The notes under the pieces are model-generated. The model searched no databases. It was not told the origin of the DNA and saw only the letters and a program-made list of their open reading frames with translations. Source: Candidatus Daviesbacteria bacterium (lineage in GTDB: Bacteria > Patescibacteriota > Microgenomatia > Daviesbacterales > UBA10151). Taken from it: a stretch of DNA of 64,000 nucleotides. The position numbers and the translations under genes are program-made. The DNA lies in the NCBI GenBank assembly GCA_016176465.1, contig JACOXD010000008.1, positions 7,680-71,679 of the forward strand, read 5' to 3'. Below, in pieces: positions 60,374-64,000 of the stretch (position 1 is its first letter; the number at the start of each line of letters is the position of its first letter).

Positions 60374-61192
60374 CTACTCGTTTAGTCTCACTAGATCTTT
60401 TCCCATATACCCTCTATATAGAACTAGATTATGTCTTTCTGCAATTCCCATTTGGACCCTTCTACTATCTGCGGTTGATGTAATAGGAATGGCTCTAAAT
60501 CCACCGAGTGCTTCAATCTTTCCTAGATACAAAAACCCATGCTGTTCGTACCAGTATTTTTCAAAAGCGTCCTGGGTTAAATATGCTGAAATACCTTCCA
60601 AAACTGAAGTCTCTCTTGTTCTAAAGGCGAAAACATTTTCTTCACCCTCAACTACACCCATAACAGGCATATAACTTTCCTTGCGTAACATACAATATAA
60701 ATCTCCAGCAGAGAGACCGGCCTTAAATAATCTAAATAATCGATGAAGCTCACCGAACCTTCTTTTATTCAATACTTTAGGGTGTGAGTGAAGATCACCT
60801 AAAGCGTTAATGCCAGCATCTCTTGCTCTTTCTATAGAGTTAATAATTACCTCTGCGGGAACATAACCAACTCTACCCCTGGAAGAAATAGCCGATAAAT
60901 AGAGCCCTCTTTGTGAACCATTGGCTCCAATAATCCGGTGTCTTTCTATACCATCTTGAGACTCTGTTCTCATTTTATCGAGTACCTCATGCCATTCCTG
61001 ACTGAGTCTAATTCGTAATGGGTAATCAGTTTTGGGAGGTAAAAATAGTTTACCTCTTCCAATCGCTGCCAAATATTCTTTAAAAGTTTCATACCCCCAG
61101 ATTTTGTCTGGACCGCAATGAATTGCTCGTAAGGGAACTCTAACCTGCATTCCGAAAAAAGCGTTAGTGATAGCCTCAATAGCTTCAAGCAT
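60374..61192 (-). CDS. JAB/MPN-like metalloprotease-motif protein
   Basis: GIE...GDLHSHP...LSAGD; start moved to 61192. Confidence 0.55.
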   Translation of the reverse strand: MLEAIEAITNAFFGMQVRVPLRAIHCGPDKIWGYETFKEYLAAIGRGKLFLPPKTDYPLRIRLSQEWHEVLDKMRTESQDGIERHRIIGANGSQRGLYLSAISSRGRVGYVPAEVIINSIERARDAGINALGDLHSHPKVLNKRRFGELHRLFRLFKAGLSAGDLYCMLRKESYMPVMGVVEGEENVFAFRTRETSVLEGISAYLTQDAFEKYWYEQHGFLYLGKIEALGGFRAIPITSTADSRRVQMGIAERHNLVLYRGYMGKDLVRLNE

Positions 61193-61271
61193 AGAGCTAA
61201 TTTTAACAGTTTGGGGACCTTTTTGCAAACTATAGGTTGGAAGAATATTTATAATTCTGCGAAAAAACAGA

Positions 61272-61342
61272 CGTAATCCCAAATCCCACCTGCGTAATCC
61301 CAAATCCCACCTGGGAGGTGGATTCCTATTGACACCTAGGGA
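61272..61342. repeat. REP-like family R3 with 21-nt tandem duplication
   Basis: (CGTAATCCCAAATCCCACCTG)x2-GGAGGTGG...TTGACACCTAGGGA. Confidence 0.85.
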
Positions 61343-61359
61343 GTTGGTTTACATGAATG

Positions 61360-61435
61360 TGGCGGGCCCGACCGGATTCGAACCGGCGATCTCCTCCGTG
61401 ACAGGGAGGCGTGATAACCGCTACACTACGAGCCC
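61360..61435 (-). tRNA. tRNA-Asp(GTC)
   Basis: Cloverleaf, loop CTGTCAC, ends GCCA. Confidence 0.95.
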
Positions 61436-61603
61436 TCGTCGGGTCAAGGCTTCAACTGCCACAATTTCACAGTTGCTTCAGTTTACGCCTGCCCCTCCTC
61501 TTAAAATCTTTACAAGATTTTGGAAAAAGGAATCTTAAGAAACCTCAAAATTGTAGCAAAGCTAGTATTAAGAATCAATCCTACCTGTGTTATATTACTA
61601 ACT

Positions 61604-63361
61604 ATGACGAATTTGGAGGTAGCTAAACTTTTACGTTCTGTTGCAGCTGCACTAACTTTAAAAAAAGCTAATTTATTGGACGGCAACAAGGTTTCCTTAT
61701 TCCAAGTTAGGGCATATGAAAATGCAGCCACCAGCATAGAAAATTTAACCTCAGAGATAGAAGATTTATGGGAAGAAGATAAATTAGGGGATATTCCAGG
61801 TGTAGGGGAGAGCTTAAAAAAATATTTAAATGAACTCTTTAAAAATGGCAAAGTAGAACATTTTGAAAAGATAATGAAAGCTTTTGATCCCATTATTTTT
61901 GAATTTTTGGAAATCCCAGGAGTTGGTCCAAAAACTGCAGAGGAATTAGCAAAATATAAAATTAAAAGCTTAGGTGATTTAAAAAAAAGACTTAAAAATG
62001 GGGAGCTTGTGAGGGAAGGTTTTTCAGTGAAGGTAGCTGAAAAAATTCTTTCAGGTTTGGAAGAATTATCAAGTAGAACAGGTAGGATGTTGTTACCTTA
62101 TGCTAGCTCTTATGCAGACAAAATACTAGAATACCTCAAAAACAATCCCAAAGTCCTGGCAGCAGATGCGTTAGGAAGTTTAAGGAGACAAGTTTCAACG
62201 GTTGGTGATTTGGATTTTGCAGCGTCAGCCAAAGATCCTACTGATGTAATTAATCATTTTGTAAAGATGCCTGGAATTACCCAAATTGTAGATCAAGGAA
62301 AAAGTAGTGCGACTGTTGTCTTGGCCTCAGGATTACATGTAGACTTACTGGTTGGCAAACCCGAAAGCTATGGAGCACTATTGCAACACTTTACAGGCTC
62401 TAAAAACCACAATATTAGGCTTAGAAACATCGCAAATGAGCAAGGACTATCTTTGAGTGAATATGGCGTAAAAAATACCAAATCTGGACACATAATTCCC
62501 ACAAAAACGGAAGAAGAACTTTATAAAATACTCAAAATGGATACCCCGGCTCCTGAAATTAGAGAAGATACTGGCGAGATTGAGGCAGCGCTGGCCCACC
62601 GCCTTCCCAAATTAGTTGAGTTTAAAGATATTAAAGGAGATTTACATCTTCACTCTAATTTTCAATTGGAACCTTCGCATGGCTCGGGAGCAAATACCAT
62701 CCAAGATCTCATTAATAAGGCTAAAGGGTTGGGATATGAATACGTAGGCATTTCGGATCATCCCCCGGCCTTTACTACTCATACTCGATCCGAAATAATT
62801 AAACTAATAGAAAAGAGGACAAAATTTATCCACTCTTTAAAAAAGAGTACAAAAAATATTCAAATTCTAAATGGATTAGAAATTGATATCGTAGGTGATG
62901 GCAGCTTAAGCGTTCCTGATGAAGCTTTGAAAACCTTGGACTTTTGCATTGCCGGAATTCACTCTGGCCACCGTAGCCATAAAGATATTTTAACTAAAAG
63001 AATTATTAAAGCATTGATGAGCCCTTATGTTGATATTATTTCTCATCCTAGTGGAAGGTTGTTAAATGAACGGGACTCATTTGAAGCAGATTGGGAAGAA
63101 ATTTTCAGAGTAGCTGCAAAAAATAACAAGGTTTTAGAAATTAATGGTTATCCTAACAGAATGGATTTAAGAGATGATTTAGTAAGGCAAGCTAAAGAAT
63201 TTGAAGTAAAATTTGTTATTGATACTGATGCCCACGAGGTTTCTCAAATGGAAAATATGAAATTTGGAGTTGCAGTTGCTAGAAGGGGTTGGGCGCAAAG
63301 TAGCGATATAATAAATACTTGGGACTGGAAAAAAATAGCGCAATGGTTTAATATAAATTAA
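61604..63361 (+). CDS. polX: DNA polymerase X / PHP fusion
   Basis: HhH motifs, GSLRR..GDLD, FTGSK, DLHLHS, DTDAH; start 61604. Confidence 0.92.
   Translation: MTNLEVAKLLRSVAAALTLKKANLLDGNKVSLFQVRAYENAATSIENLTSEIEDLWEEDKLGDIPGVGESLKKYLNELFKNGKVEHFEKIMKAFDPIIFEFLEIPGVGPKTAEELAKYKIKSLGDLKKRLKNGELVREGFSVKVAEKILSGLEELSSRTGRMLLPYASSYADKILEYLKNNPKVLAADALGSLRRQVSTVGDLDFAASAKDPTDVINHFVKMPGITQIVDQGKSSATVVLASGLHVDLLVGKPESYGALLQHFTGSKNHNIRLRNIANEQGLSLSEYGVKNTKSGHIIPTKTEEELYKILKMDTPAPEIREDTGEIEAALAHRLPKLVEFKDIKGDLHLHSNFQLEPSHGSGANTIQDLINKAKGLGYEYVGISDHPPAFTTHTRSEIIKLIEKRTKFIHSLKKSTKNIQILNGLEIDIVGDGSLSVPDEALKTLDFCIAGIHSGHRSHKDILTKRIIKALMSPYVDIISHPSGRLLNERDSFEADWEEIFRVAAKNNKVLEINGYPNRMDLRDDLVRQAKEFEVKFVIDTDAHEVSQMENMKFGVAVARRGWAQSSDIINTWDWKKIAQWFNIN
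61673..61699 (-). mobile_element. Double-hairpin mini-element (24 nt), in frame in polX
   Basis: Reverse complement TAA-GGAAACCTT-GTTGCCGTCCAA-TAA. Confidence 0.7.
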
Positions 63362-63366
63362 ATAAA

Positions 63367-63918
63367 ATGAGTCCACTACTTTTATTTGGAATCATTATTG
63401 GTGTAATCCTACTTTGGCTGCTCTTTACTTATAATAGCCTAATTACTTTAAGAAATAGAGTTAAAGAAGCTTGGTCTCAAATTGATGTTCAATTAAAGAG
63501 ACGTTCCTCTTTGATTCCTAACCTGGTTGAAGCAGTTAAAGGTTACGCTAAACACGAAAAACAAGTTTTTGAAAATGTAACTAAGGCGAGATCTGCTCTA
63601 ATGGGTGCAAGCAATCCTCATCAGGCAGCAGCTGCAAATGATATTTTAACAGGAGCCTTAAAATCTCTTTTTGCAATTGCGGAAAACTATCCTAATTTAA
63701 GAGCTTCTGAAAATTTCAAACAGCTTCAAGATGAGTTATCCGATACGGAAACTAAAGTGGCAGCATCCAGGCAGTTTTATAATGCTAATGTGTTGGATTT
63801 AAATAATTCTTTAGAAACTGTACCTTCAGCCTGGATAGGCTCAATGTTTGGGTTTAAAAAAGAAGATTTCTTCAAAGCAACTGAAGATGAGAAAAGAGAT
63901 ATTGAGGTTAAGTTCTGA
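63367..63918 (+). CDS. lemA: LemA family protein
   Basis: [22 protein letters not shown]. Confidence 0.95.
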   Translation: MSPLLLFGIIIGVILLWLLFTYNSLITLRNRVKEAWSQIDVQLKRRSSLIPNLVEAVKGYAKHEKQVFENVTKARSALMGASNPHQAAAANDILTGALKSLFAIAENYPNLRASENFKQLQDELSDTETKVAASRQFYNANVLDLNNSLETVPSAWIGSMFGFKKEDFFKATEDEKRDIEVKF

Positions 63919-63922
63919 GTAA

Positions 63923-64000
63923 GTGTTATCTCCATCCAACAAAATTTATTTAGCCAAATCTACTGCTGCTGGAAGAGGGGTTTTTGCAAAAGAAGATATA
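63923..64000 (+). CDS. SET-domain protein, 5' end only
   Basis: GTG start; KSTAAGRGVFAKEDI matches the SET N-terminal motif. Confidence 0.6.
   Translation, partial: MLSPSNKIYLAKSTAAGRGVFAKEDI

Noticed and set aside
61441-61495. Hammerhead ribozyme (CTGA...GAA)
   Set aside because: Core deviates from CUGANGA/GAAA and stem I is missing

Overview
AT-rich bacterial chromosome segment; gene content and style suggest Patescibacteria/CPR, Microgenomates-like (inference). Contents: a ~23 kb surface-glycan locus (GT-C/PMT-like and GT4 glycosyltransferases, O-antigen ligase, acetyl-, methyl- and sugar transferases, DUF4012) with a displaced rsmH; recO followed by a small defence island (TA genes, fused RM enzyme, HNH); glyQS; a dcw cluster (mraZ to ftsZ); ileS, rodA, rplU, rpmA, parB, lepB; a second glycan block; four tRNAs plus a tRNA remnant; LysM, JAB-like, PolX-PHP, LemA and the start of a SET-domain gene. 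Most striking signal: a family of 21/24/27-nt double-hairpin elements (8 units at 6 loci) inserted in frame, in both orientations, in a GT4 gene, ftsW, ftsA, ileS (twice) and polX. Every reconstructed empty site is ATAAA/TTTAT and the stems covary. Three REP-like palindrome families mark sites of gene gain and loss, and many genes look leaderless. Product calls come from motif recognition only; no database search was run.
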